64,000 nt of DNA from positions 15,500,001 through 15,564,000 of the forward strand of contig JAQFVV010000009.1 in NCBI GenBank assembly GCA_028023455.1. Reading direction: 5' to 3'. This DNA is from Epiperipatus broadwayi (taxonomy: Eukaryota; Animalia; Onychophora). Positions 38,801 through 52,100 of this stretch are shown here, one piece after another. The position numbers and the translations under genes are program-made. Within the stretch, counting starts at the first letter, position 1, and each line of letters opens with the position of its first letter. Below the pieces are notes generated by a model. It was not told the origin of the DNA. It searched no databases and saw nothing but the letters and a program-made list of their open reading frames with translations.

Positions 38801-40199
38801 AACATATTAATTATACATAATTATATTTTACTTACATCATAATTATATTTTACTTACATCTCCCTCCTCTATTTATATTATTACATTTCCTTTTACATTA
38901 TATAATTACAAATCTTGAAATCATTCAAGCAATATGATCTTTAAAACTTATAAAGATAGGATAAATAATACTACATCGCACTGATTCTAAATTACTAACG
39001 TATGTACCCCAAGCTTAACTCTATAATGAATTTAGTATTTCATTCACTTTTTATTTTATTTTGTATATAGTGACTATTTTAGTAGTAATTTTTAATAAAT
39101 TACAAACATTATTGAAGTTCTTTATTATAATATTCAAATTATACTAATTATTAATCAATATTAACTACTTGTTATAAGGGATGTTATTAGGTATGATATA
39201 TTCATTATAACCCTCTGTATAATAATACATTTTGAAGAGCTACTAGGAAAAATGAAAAGTAGTAATGTCTTTACTCTAAAAAGTTTTCAAGTAATGGATT
39301 ACCTTAGGTAAGTGTTATTATATACCAATTTTTTAGGAATTTTATGATGAATCCAACTAATCTACTAACAAATATAATTTTAAGTTGTATGCATGATAGT
39401 TTTGAATTTATGAAATAATATGAAATTAATTATTAGAAATATTAACTTTTATTCTTTTTTTATTACTTTGAATATCAATGACTATATTTTTTTCAGCTTA
39501 ATTATATTCTTTGGTGTTTTATGTTTCAAACAATACATATTACATGTCATTTTTAAATAATAAAAATTTGTGGCTTAACATAATTTTTTAAATATTTAAT
39601 ATGGCTGGCTTCGTCAGCCTAAAAGATATATATACATTAAAAAGTTTTGTGAAGTAATGGTTAATTCATTTATTATTTATGTGTGAGCTGGAGTTAAAAT
39701 CTGAATGAAAATGAAATTTTTTTCAGTTAAAAGGCCCATAGCCAATCTAAATGCTTGATGGCAAAACAATAACAACAAAAAATAAACAAATCCTCACCAT
39801 TCAGCAGTTGATTAAGTTGTTTGAGTCATCATCTTCTATCAATGTTGTAACTGTAATTTTTGGGCCTCTATAAAATAATTTTTAAAAAGGCCTTTTTTTA
39901 TATTTATAACATATACCTTGACACTTTTATTATCATCCTTTAATAATCACAGTCAAAGAGTCTAAAACCAGGAACTCAAACACATTGTCTTGGTTATCTT
40001 CACAATAGGTTTGTCATTATCTCCTACCTTCCTCTTAATAGTTGTCTTTCTTAATGAGCTACTTAAGACCATTTTATTATAAGTGATTTGTTGAATGTTT
40101 TCTTCATTCTTTTTGGAAAAAACATATATATACAGCTAAATAGTCTATATTTTGTAAAAGAAAAATTAATGGGTCTTAATTGACATTGACAAGATTTTC

Positions 40200-41100
40200 T
40201 CTTAAAGTTAAACAAATAAGTTGTCATAATAATGTTTATCTCTCCCCATTGTTCCAACATGATCTTCATTACTTCTATTACTCTAGTCCTTCTTGACCTT
40301 TCCTATTCTCAATCTTAATGAAATAAGAGCTCATTAAAGTTTATGGGATAGCTTTAAAATTGAAATGTTAAAATAAATTGTATTAAAAAGAGGTAACATT
40401 AAAAATGATCAGATGCTACCAGTCACTCATATTATCTAGCTATTCTATTGGCTATATTATACATAGATAATCTCCTAGGCTTACTTGAATAACAATCTCC
40501 TTCAAAACTCACTTTCTTGCCAACATGTCCCCAAATTTCTTCTTCCAATATCATCTCTTCCCCTCTAAAACAATACATTCCAAAATTGTGTTTCATATAT
40601 TTTATTTTATAATTATTAAATTAAATTCTTTTATGTCCTAATTGATGCCATTTTAACATTTTTTCCCTAGATTCCAAAAATTTTGTCTAACCTTAAATGA
40701 CAAACCAATGCCTTTTTCTATTGACTAACATTCTATTTATTCTACTATTGCAATCTCCACAACTGCCAATACCTATTTTTTTTTTGCAACTCATCCCAAT
40801 CTCTCTCTCTATATATATATGGAAAGTCATCATTAAACAACAGCATGTTAATGATTATTTACCTTGATCAAATTCAGCCCCTCCCCATCATTATATTATT
40901 ATCACAAATATGAATCCACCAAAATTTTACCTTACTCTTCACCTTCCTCAAATAAAAACTTAATGTACTTATATTTGCTCCTAATTTCCACTGTATTTCC
41001 CTAAATAACTTCCACTATTGTCTGGAATATTTATTCTCAATTTCTCTTCGAGACCTTCTCATAAGATATATTTTTCTCTTAACCAAATATACTTCATTAT
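40200..41100 (-). pseudogene. Decayed RTE-like LINE RT remnant
   Basis: Minus strand INMLLFNDD (RT motif LLFADD) near 40830, then GDCNSRINR and WGHVGK in the expected order. Confidence 0.55.
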
Positions 41101-44100
41101 CATATATTATACATGGAATAACAATCCTTTTCCATAAAATTTTACAAACTGTTCTTCAAATCTATTGTAAGCAAATAATGCATATTGCTTAATTATATTT
41201 CTTTTATTTACTTTTCCCCTCTAATTTTTGTACCCATTTTCTACAAAATATATATATAAAGCTATTTTTAATTCAAGTGTTAGGAAGAATATACAACATT
41301 GTATTATTTTTATCCTTAAATAAGTGTATCTGCTTATAACTTCTATATTCAATTCTTTTAACATTAGTATATCAACTCCATGCTCATATTTTATCATCTA
41401 ATTCCTTAGTCATCTTTACTAAAATCAATTTCATTACTCCCTCCAAATAAAACTGCAATCCTATTCAAAAATTTCTCTGCAAAAAGAACATCAACAGCAA
41501 AATCAAAAATGTCTTTAACATATGGTCTTCTGCAATTCTTCCTCTAAAACTTTACACTTCTTAGCTGAGTGTGATTTACTATTTATAACTTTTACATATA
41601 TATCATAAACAAGTCAGAGACAAAGGATATCATATCTTAGATCCACTTCATTTCTCATCTTCTCTAACTTTAAATCTCTAATTGATTAACACTAACAATT
41701 CATTAACTTGTATTTACATCTCTTAACTCCAAAATCAAGCTATATAAATGTTTCTATATCTAAATCCTAATATATACAACTTAATTTTAATGTAAAATGA
41801 CAGATGCATTACTATCTAATATAGATTGAATGAAATTTAAAGAACATGTGATTTTAGTTCTTTCAAATGATTCTGACATGTTTTTTTCTCAAAAATATAT
41901 TTAGTCTCTAGAATATTTCTAATCATATGATAAGACTAACATTACTTGTGCTATTATTTTAAAATAATCATTGCACTTTTATGTGATGGGGTTTATTTAA
42001 TCAAAAAACTTTATTAGAAATACCAATAACCAAAAAACATTAAAAAAAAAAAAACATTAATAGAATAATTATTGTTATTTTATTTCCATCTAACCCTAAT
42101 GTTCTGATTGTAAAAATTATTTTATAACATTTTTGCTTATAATCCTATGCTGCAAATTAACTTGCATTAATTACACAAATAAATCTGACTTTTGTTGTTT
42201 TTTTAATATATAAATTACACTGTATTTGTTCTTTGTTTCATTTATATATGTGTTATTTTCTACTCTGACTTTTTTTTATATATCTTTAGCTCAAAAATTA
42301 GATTTGAGCATCCAAAAAATCAAATTCATAAATATATAATTTTACTATATTCAATTCAACATATAAAAATTACTAGATGGGATAATCATTCATTACATCA
42401 ACATTTATTTTCATTGAATATTGTGATATATGTATTTAGCTATAATAGAATTATACATTATAATTAACCATTTCTTTATAATAATAATACTTTTTTTTTG
42501 ATTGGCCAAATGAAACAAAATATATGTATTAATGTATATATATTACATTATTGACAAATTTGTAACAAATGTTAGAATTAATAACAGTTGAAAAACAAAT
42601 TATATATTACAGAAAATTCAGCAAATATACAAAAAAAATCACAGTATCAACAATAAAATAGTGTATACTATAACAAATTTTTTCAAAATAAAATTAACCA
42701 TTAATTTGAAAATTATATTGCTTTACTCTCTCCATTTTATTATAATCTAATTTCTAAACTTAAACATATCTATTAACAAATTATGCAATCAAATATATAA
42801 CAATTTATTCTTCTTATCTCCAATTTCAGTATCAGTGATTTCAGTTATCTCCAATGTAAAAAAAAAAAATAAGAAAATTGGAAATTAATAAAAAAAAATT
42901 GTAACTTTCTTTAACTTTTTATATTTTAATTTTATTAATCCATCATGTATATATAGTTTTAAATAGGTGTTGCACATATTTTTAACATATATATACAGTA
43001 TGCATATCCCCCTATATAAATGTGGTATTAAAAATGCATCTATATGGATCACATATATAAACAAATCTTATTATATGTGCTAAAGTTTGGAAGAGAAACT
43101 ATATTATTAAATAATCAAAATGCAGACATGTTTAAATGTATTACTACAGATAACACTAATTTTATATAATGCTGGCATGGCAAACCTATGGCACATGTGC
43201 CAGAGATGGCATTATGAACTTTTTACTGGCAGTAAACTACTTACAAATCATAATTTCCTATGATTTAAAATAAATTATTCAATTTTTTTGTTGTTGTTGA
43301 TAAAACTTGTACTAATAAAATTTTACTGTAAACTAAAGTAAAAGTGAAATAAATAAATATGATATTGGAATTCAATTTACAATTGAACTTTGATTAGAAA
43401 CAATAAATTACAAAATTTAAAAAAAATAATTTGTACATAATACATGTGGGAATAATACTTAGGTCAGTCAAATAAAGTAGTAACATATTCTATAAACCTG
43501 TCAAATGATCAAAAAAAAAAAAAAAACTAACAAAGTAAACTCAGTAAAATATTTTCTAACTCTTTGAAGTAATTATGGCAGTTTTGAAGAAATGTTGTTA
43601 AACAAACTTAATATAACCTTTGTAATTATGTAAATATCATTAGTGTTTTATAAAGAATATTACTTTAAATAAAAAAATAAAAAATCTTGTCACATTGAAA
43701 AGTAAAAGTAATAAAATGTTTCTCCATTATAATCTTTTTTTAGTCTAAACATAGTTAATGCCATTCATTTTTTAAAATAATCAAAATCGCAGAGTAATGG
43801 AAAGCATGATCAACATCATCAAAATTAATTTAAATACTAACATAATTGCCAAGCAACATATATATAATTGTTGCAAAGAATTGAATGATGTTTTTTTTTT
43901 TTTGTTTAAGGTTTTGCTGTAAAAGTGAAATATAAAGATAATAATATAATTTAACATATAGTAAATCTATGATTTATAAAATTATTAAAATTGATTTAAC
44001 TTTACTTTTAAATAAATTTGTCATAATTTTATTAATATGACTAGTGAAAATAAAAAACAAATTACCAAGCAGTTGAAAATTTCAAAATTGGTGGACTGAT

Positions 44101-44328
44101 GAGTATGGAATGATTAACAAAGGCAACAAGTCAATATGTGTTTTATGTTCCAAAACAGTCATATTGAGAACATCATCAGTAAAATGGCATTATGAGACCA
44201 ATTATAAATTGCTCCTTGAAAAAAATAAACATGAACAAAAATATATATATTGCCCAAGCACTTAAAAATTTAAATATTCAATCAACATCTTTGATGAAAT
44301 TTATCGAAAATCATTCAGATATAACTGT

Positions 44329-44544
44329 GTCTGAACCTTGCCTGACACCTCTCTGAGGAGTGCCAAAGCATGAAACCATGGTCAGGGGTTTGGGGAGGGG
44401 TTCCTGACAGAGATATTTTAAGTGCTGGCTCTGGCTAAGCATTTAACACAAAGCTTGTAAAGGAATTGGCAATTCTCATTGTTTTTATAACTTACAAGCT
44501 TAAGAGATAGGGTCATGTGATCTATGACTCTTATTTTGACTATT
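44329..44544 (+). mobile_element. 216-bp hammerhead-bearing insertion (family C) inside the hAT transposase
   Basis: 9-bp TSD TATAACTGT at 44320-44328 and 44545-44553; the transposase frame ITV|ASF-like is restored on removal. Confidence 0.85.
44333..44403 (+). ncRNA. Type I hammerhead ribozyme, family C
   Basis: acctct CTGAGGA(44353-44359) gtgc-caaa-gcat GAAA c-catg-GTC(44381-44383) aggggt. Stem I extends ~20 nt (gaaccttgcctgacacctct / aggggtttggggaggggttc); palindromic stem III loop. Confidence 0.9.
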
Positions 44545-47500
44545 TATAACTGTTGATAGTTTTTTTTTTTTTTCCAAATATAATTGCCAAACATGAAAAA
44601 TAAAGATGAATATATGAAAAAAGCATGAATAAAATGCATACCAATTCTTTTTGACATTTTGAAACCAAAGAAAAAATTATTCAGAGGATAAAAGATTTAA
44701 CATTGATTAGAAATAAGGTTAAAGAAAGAACCCAGCAAATGGCCAACAACATAACTTACTAACAAAAAAAAGATATAAAATCTATTTTAATTTCTCTCTA
44801 CCTTGAGAAAGTATGAATATAAATGGATCTGCTTGTTTTCCTATTTTTATTCATTATTGTGTTAGGAATAATATCCGAGAAGAGTTGATGAATTTACGCT
44901 CATTAATAACAACAAAAGGAATGGATATTTGCAATGAAGTTTTAAATGTACTCACTGAAAAAGAAATAGATGATGGCAAAATTGTATCATTAACTAGATG
45001 GTACTGGAAGTATAACTAGAAAAGAAAATGTTTTTCTCAGTTTATTTACCGACTGTATTGACATTAAATTTTGGGTTTTTATTGCATTATACATTCACAT
45101 ATTTTATGTGTGACTGCCAGCTTTAAACCACTGGAAGATATTATGAACTTTGTGATTAAATTAGTCAATTTTGTATTCTACACACATTCTAAATAAATGA
45201 AAATTTCTAAACTTATTGAGTGAGATGAAGTCAGTATATAATAGTTTACTTATGTACAACAATATCTGATGGTTAAGTCAAAGAAAAGTTCTTCAAAGAT
45301 TCGTTGAGTATTTAGATGAAATTAGACTTTTCTTATGTGTTAAGAAAATCATTAAAAAATATAATCAATTAATAAATTAAATGTAAAACTGAAAAGGTAA
45401 TAGTAAGATAGTTGTTGTCATGTTTAATTTGATCAAAGCATTTAAAGCTAAACTACAAATTTTCAACTGTGATGTTATTTCTTGCACATTCGTATATTTT
45501 CCTAATATAAAAAAATTCTTGACTGATTTACAACCTCATGAGAAGCCAGATCAAGTAAACCTGACAGAAGAGTTTTGTGCTGTTATTCAATCAATAATTG
45601 ATAGTTTTCTTTAAGATTTACACAGTTCAGACAATTTGTAGAAATATCAAAATTTATTTTATATCCAGACATGATATCAATGAATAATCTCAATTTAAAA
45701 ATTTTCAAATGGCTTAATTTGGAAGATAGGGAAATACAATTAATCGATTTTCAATCCAGTTCTATATGGAAACAATAATTTGTTGATTTGAGAAATGAAT
45801 TAGAAACAGTTGAAAATAGTCAATTATTGGGCATCTTTAAAAAGAATGCTGAAGAGGAACTATTGATAGTCTGAAATGCTATTCCTGACACATAGTTTAA
45901 AAAAGTTAGTGACCACTATATTATCAATGTGACTCATTATTTTCTGAAATGAATTTAGTTTAAGTCAGTTCAAGAAATAGAATAACAAATAAATCTAGTT
46001 CAGCATGTATATTATTAAAAGTGATAAAATATGAACCAGATACATTTGGAAACCAATGTATAACAGCAAACATCTCATTAAATAATATTGATTTATGTTC
46101 ATTTTATATGTTTATTTTCAAAATTTTGTTTTAATTACTATTAATTTTTTAATATTAAATTTCATTCAACTCATGTTTTTCTAAATATCACACTTGTATT
46201 TAGCTTATTTTGAAATTTTGTTTAATTATTACTAAAAAATTTTAAACACACATTGACCTAGAGTTTTCTGGTAGTGTTTTGAAAAAAGCTAGCTCAATGC
46301 TATTAATTAGTTTATACTTATTAATTGTTTTATCTTTTCAACCAAAATTGAGGTGAACAAGGGTTTAAGGAAGTAGTTTGTTGAAAAGAATTAATAAGTT
46401 GAGATTAATTAAGAATTTTATAAAGCTATGAAATTTGAAAATAAATGAATTATTTATTAATATTATTATTTTGTTGTTTTATAAACTTTTAAAATATCCA
46501 ATAATTAAACTGCTTATATTTTTATTTAATAACTGTATGGCACGCCAATCACTCAATAAATATTTTTTGTATATTTTTGTCAAGCACACACAAAAAGGTT
46601 CACCATCACTGGTGTAATACAATTTTATTATCTTCATGTTATTTTTTAACCATTTTAATCAAAGAAAGGGGGATGGAAACTTTATCTTGATTCTAAAACA
46701 ATGATTATTTATCAAATCCTTCATGGATATACTTTCAGTTTAGCATATTATGTTTACTAAAACCCATTATAGTTTAAAACTTTGTATATAATCACTGCAC
46801 AAATTGCATTATTATAAAACATGAACAAAAAATCTTAATATAATATCTATATTGTATCATAAATTAGAAAATATATTAACACCAAACACTTTTTAAACTA
46901 TTTTGGAAATGAACAGTCTATCTCCCATCATGATATTTCCAAAACAAAACACAATCTCAAATTATACACTACTTTATGTCAAACATCCTCATTGTTTCCC
47001 GCCTCCCACACACTCATTATTTACTGTTTTTACTGATGTTGAACCGTTTTTCCAAACATTGTAGTTTTAATTAATGCTAGTTCTCAATATTATAATTAAT
47101 TAAAGTAAAACTAAAAAATAATCAATTTAGTTGGGTTTTTTTAATTACAGAATAGTAATTTAAAATATTTATGATGAAATTGATATAATTACTTCCAAAT
47201 AAATAATAATAATAAAAAATCAAAAATATTAAGCTATTTCAAATTTTAATATTTTCAAAGGAAAACTATATCTATTCTAATTCTACTAAATATATATATC
47301 ATATTATTACTACTTAAATTTATCCATTACTTCTATTTTATTGCCACATAATAAAATCTAAAGTTTTTTTTCTTTCATTTTTTTTATGAAGATTCAATTG
47401 TAACCCAAACAATATATATATGTTTCATCACTTAAAAAAAATTTGGAAAAAACGATTAAGAAATTTTAAAATGTAAGTGATTTTTCAAAAATAATACTTA

Positions 47501-48660
47501 TTTCACTAAGCAGGAAGTACAAGGTTGTTTGCAATTCCCTGAAATTAGAATTAAGAAAGACTGTTAGTAATGGATTTTTTATTTGGATATGCTTTGTATG
47601 AAATAAAATCTTGGATAATTTTAAAAAAAAAGAATGAAAAAAAAATTGGAAGCTTTGAAAATACGGATTTAGAAAAGAATGAAAAAGTTGAAAGAAGATT
47701 TGCAATGTAGAAATATTTAAAAAGAAAAAGAACTTTTTACTGAGAAAACTATGAAAAGAAAATGGATTGGGTATATACTTCAACACAGAAGAATTATGTT
47801 ACCTTAATTTAGGAATAATTGAGAAATAAAACTACCAGTAGAGTTTGGACTAACATCTAATGATATTAATCTAAATCAGGGATTCCAAACTTTTTTATAA
47901 AAGGGCCACATAGATAATTTTCTAATGAATGACTGGCCAAAGAAAATGAATTTTCTAAAGAAATTTCCTATCCACAAGCATAAAAATATTTGGAATTTAA
48001 AGTTCAAAAATGAATTGAATAATCATATACAGTATACATTTAACAACTAGATTTTTAATATTTTTTAAAAAAAAAACTCACTAAAAATTAAAAAACAAAA
48101 AGAAAAATTTCATGTGATAATAGGTGGATTCATTGATTTTTGTAATATCAGATTAAATATAAAGATGTTGATTTGTTTTAAGCTATTGAATTTTTGATAA
48201 ATACTGTTTTTCTGGTTATCTATGTAACCATGAATAGTAAATGAACACCAGATGATAATTACAACCAAATCCACAATAAAGGATATACTATCTAAACTAA
48301 TAACTTGTTTTGCACCCAAGCCAATTATCTTATATAATATAGAGGTCTGACATTATGACAACATATATATATGAATATTAGTGGTATTCATCACCTATTA
48401 ACAACAAATATACATGACAATTAGATTTGAATTCAGTTTTCAGTTTTTATTGTTGTTATTAAATGTAAAATAAAAGAATTATATAATGTTTTTATTTAAT
48501 GATTCTCTGATGTTGTTAAAAACATTCAGACACTTTTGCATTCATTTTGTATAATTCTGAAATAAATCTGTTTACTGAGGTTCTAAATATGCTTAGAGAA
48601 GCTATTATTAAAAGATTATGAATCATACCTCAAAGCAAATGATTTCTGATTAATAAATGG

Positions 48661-48784
48661 ATGGATAAATAATATTGCAAATAAATGGGTATATAAAATT
48701 GATAATATTATATAATATTTGAATGGATAAATAATATTGCAAATAAATGGGTATATAAAATTGATAATATTATATAATATTTGA
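48661..48784 (+). repeat. Perfect tandem duplication, 62-bp unit
   Basis: atggataaataatattgc...ataatatttga occurs twice, identical. Confidence 0.95.
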
Positions 48785-48892
48785 ATATCTAACAAAATAC
48801 TTTTAAATTATTTATTTAGAAGTATTATTCTTATATCTCCTCTTTTATTTATTTTTTTGCATTTCTTCATATATTCATATATATATATTACT

Positions 48893-49168
48893 TTTTATAA
48901 ATCTCCACATATAGACTCTAATGCAAATTTTTTATATAATTTCTTTAATTTTCTAATAGTTTTGACTGTCCTGCAGTCTTCATCAGAGCTTTTGTATAAC
49001 CTTCATTTTTCTTTTTAAATTTATAACTCAAAAAAATGTATAAATTTAAAAAGAAAGAGGAAGGTTATACAAAAGCTCTGAAGAATGCAGGACAATTGAA
49101 ACTATTAAAAAATTAAAGGAATTATATAAAAAAATTTGCATTAGAGTATATATGTGGAGATTTATAAA
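48893..49168. mobile_element. ~275-bp palindrome of two head-to-head repeats with hammerhead-like cores (family D)
   Basis: Arms are reverse complements around a loop at ~49026-49038. Left (minus) CTGATGA a gactg-cagga-cagtc AAAA ctattag; right (plus) CTGAAGA a tgcaggacaatt GAAA ctatt. Confidence 0.75.
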
Positions 49169-52100
49169 GAATAAATTAATTTATTATAAATATATAAAGT
49201 GTCTCCTATACTTATGATTTTAGGTCCAAATCTGACCCAAGTAAAAAAAATTTCAAAAGGACTTGCAATTTTTTTTTTTTTTTTCCAGATATTAGTCTGT
49301 AGCTAACCTGCTAATAATCCAATATTGGTCAGAAAAGGAATATCTAAATATTCTTAGTAGAGGGAAAATGAATGAAAACTGATGAAATCCTCATCAAGGA
49401 TTTGGCAAGTCTAGTAAGTACTGTCTTCTCTGGCATTGTTTTTCTTGGAATTGTTGGAGAGATCTTTACACATCAATAGACTATTGCCAGCAATATTAAA
49501 ATCCAATGCTTAATTTGTTTCAAAACAGATTACTTTCTGTAGATTATGCCTATTACAGAGGATTTAATATAAACATTTGCATTGAGTGTTAATATATCAA
49601 CTTTTGGTATTAAGCATATTTTTTCTAGAACTAAACCGGAAAAGTAATTAAGTCTGCCTCACATGTTTTATCCATAATGTTTACCAATGAACAGATTTAA
49701 AACATAGATGAGTAAACAAAAAGTTAAGAAAAATTAATAAATAAATTGAGAATTTTCCATTAGACAAAAAAAAAATTTCTAAAATGGTACTGAAGATCAG
49801 TACATTTGTTTTATTGAAAAAAAAAACAACAATAAAATGCTAATATTTTATTAATGATAATGATGATTATTTTGTTTTCATTAAATATTTGAAATATATT
49901 AAAAAATTTAGGAAATATATATTTTTCAATTGCGTTGTAATTTTGTTCCCCTGCTTATATAGAGAATTTTTTTCACAAGTAACAAATGTTAGCGGGCCTT
50001 ATAAAATCTCATGGGCTGAATTAGGCTCACAGGTCATAATTTGGGGTGTCCTTGTCTAAACCAATGAACATTATCAAAAAATACATTATGTGAATGATAA
50101 CTGGTTACTTTCCTCTACTTTTCACTTATGAAGATTTTTGCAGTCTTTTTTTTTTTCTAAAAAAAAAAAAAAAAAGGAACTTTAATCATGATAGTTTAAT
50201 ATATCAATACTGTTCTGAATAAAGGGTTGTGTTCAAGCAATTTAGTTTAAAATAAGAGTATTGACTGGGTGAAAGATTCTTGAGTCAATTGAAGAATCTT
50301 AACTTGGTAAAATGAATGAAACTGTAGTACTCAACTTATCAATTTATGTTTAAATATTTACTCTTGCAAAATAACTGAACATATGGTAAATAATAAAAAC
50401 TATCCCCTAATAATGCTGCAGATTTGTCATTTATCTTCACACAGCTTTATATATGCATTTGAATATCCAGTATGAGCTGACACCAGCTTGAATAAAGCCC
50501 AATGAATCCAAAATGTAATTATGAGAGGTGTATTTCTCAATATATACATCAAGCTCTGAGAAAAGTTATATACTAAATTATTGCAGAATGCAAAAACAAA
50601 ACAACAACAATAACAAAAATATAACTATGAAAAAAACATGCAGAAAAATTAATTTGACACACATGTCTTTCTGTTATTCAAAATTTTTTTAATTAATGTC
50701 AAAATTTAACAGTATTTTTTAAAAACATTTTAAATCAATACTTACACAAATACAAAAAAAAAAAGTCAAAAATAATCATTTTTAGATGTATTACTATTTC
50801 ATTTATTTTTACTATATATTAACTTTTATACATTTTGTGGTTATGTATTTTTTCATTTGATATGTGTTGTCCTAAGGTAAGTTTTATAATCAAGTTAGCT
50901 TTAAAATATAATCAAAACTTGAAAATTTAATGCGCTTAAATCGATTTCTGATTAAAGAAAGTAAAAAGAAAAATCTCAACCTGGTCAATTAAATGCAACT
51001 ATTTCACCAGATTTATGCTCAAACATCACTTCTTAATCTCATAAGCAATTGATCAATTAATCAAAAATTAAACTTTTAATCACTGATTGGATTAGTTTAC
51101 CGATGATCGCTATCTCAGCCTTATAGCAATCTCTATTTAGAGTTCCATTGCAGAATTATTTGAGTGCTCAATAAATCTTCATGATTATGACTTGGGGCAA
51201 AAATCTAGGTGAAAATTTAAATTTTTTTCATCTACTAAGTAAAAATTTCCAAGCAGGTTTAAAATTTTTCCAGGTAACTGACTCATCATCAATATAGCTG
51301 GGAAATGAATATATAACTATTCTAAACTAGATGATAAAACAAAAAACTTGCTGCCAATCAGTTAATAATTTTTCTTTTACTATTTCTCAGTGGAGAGATT
51401 TGTATTCAAGCATCAACATTACTATCAAACCAATTCCAAATTATTATTTTCAGAGACAATTAGTGAATGATTTTTAACTCGTCTTCCTATATTAAATCTA
51501 AATGCATTTTTAACTTGGAATTCAAATAATAACTTCTCTCTAGTTATAATTCTGCCATTTCATGTTTATTTTTTTAATTTGTAGAATAATATTCTTGATG
51601 TTTTGTTTGATCTAAAAAACTATCAATTCATTTTTAACAATTCCAATATTTTTTAATATTGCCAGACTGATTCCAATCATAAGTGTCAAAATATCAAATC
51701 ATAAATTTCTTTAGTAAATTAATTTTATACAAATACACATACAAATTAGCCAAAAGAAAACAAAATTGACATTTACTTATAGATGATCGGGTTTCCATAC
51801 TATTAATTGATATTTTGAATTAAGATATCATGAGAATTACATGAACAGCAAGGAAAATAAAACAAGTGAACTTTTGATCAAGTATGACTTGAACTCTATT
51901 TGAATCAGAAATGATTGGGTACAAATTGTCTTATTTTAGTCATATTACGAAACAATCTAATGTTAAAAAATATATAATGCTTAGAAATATTGGTGGTGAA
52001 AAAAAAAGAATGACTATAATGAAGTAAATGGACTTTATTATCACAATAATCAATGGGTCTTTGAGCAACCTACCCCACCCACTCCAAAATAATATCATTT

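Larger units (their letters stand above)
43172..46611 (+). mobile_element. Near full-length decayed hAT transposon of OC1/OposCharlie1 (GTF2IRD2-like) type
   Basis: Left end ctggcatggcaaacctatggcacatgtgcc; right end aggttcaccatcactg; degenerate TSD atataatg/gtgtaata. Transposase remnants WWTDEYGMINKGNKSICVLCSKTV..KWHYETNY, CFPIFIHYC, MFNLIKAFKAKLQIF with many stops. Confidence 0.9.
47877..50053 (+). mobile_element. Possible non-autonomous hAT element with nested inserts
   Basis: Left TIR cagggattccaaactttt; right end tttggggtgtcctt; candidate degenerate TSD atctaaat/gtctaaac. Confidence 0.35.

Noticed and set aside
45849-45885. CTGAAGA..hairpin..GAAA hammerhead-like string
   Set aside because: Lies in the hAT transposase frame (AEEELLIV*NAIP) and lacks stem I.
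49379-49415. CTGATGA aatcct/aggatt ..caagtc
   Set aside because: GAAA core missing and no stem I; at most a dead relic.
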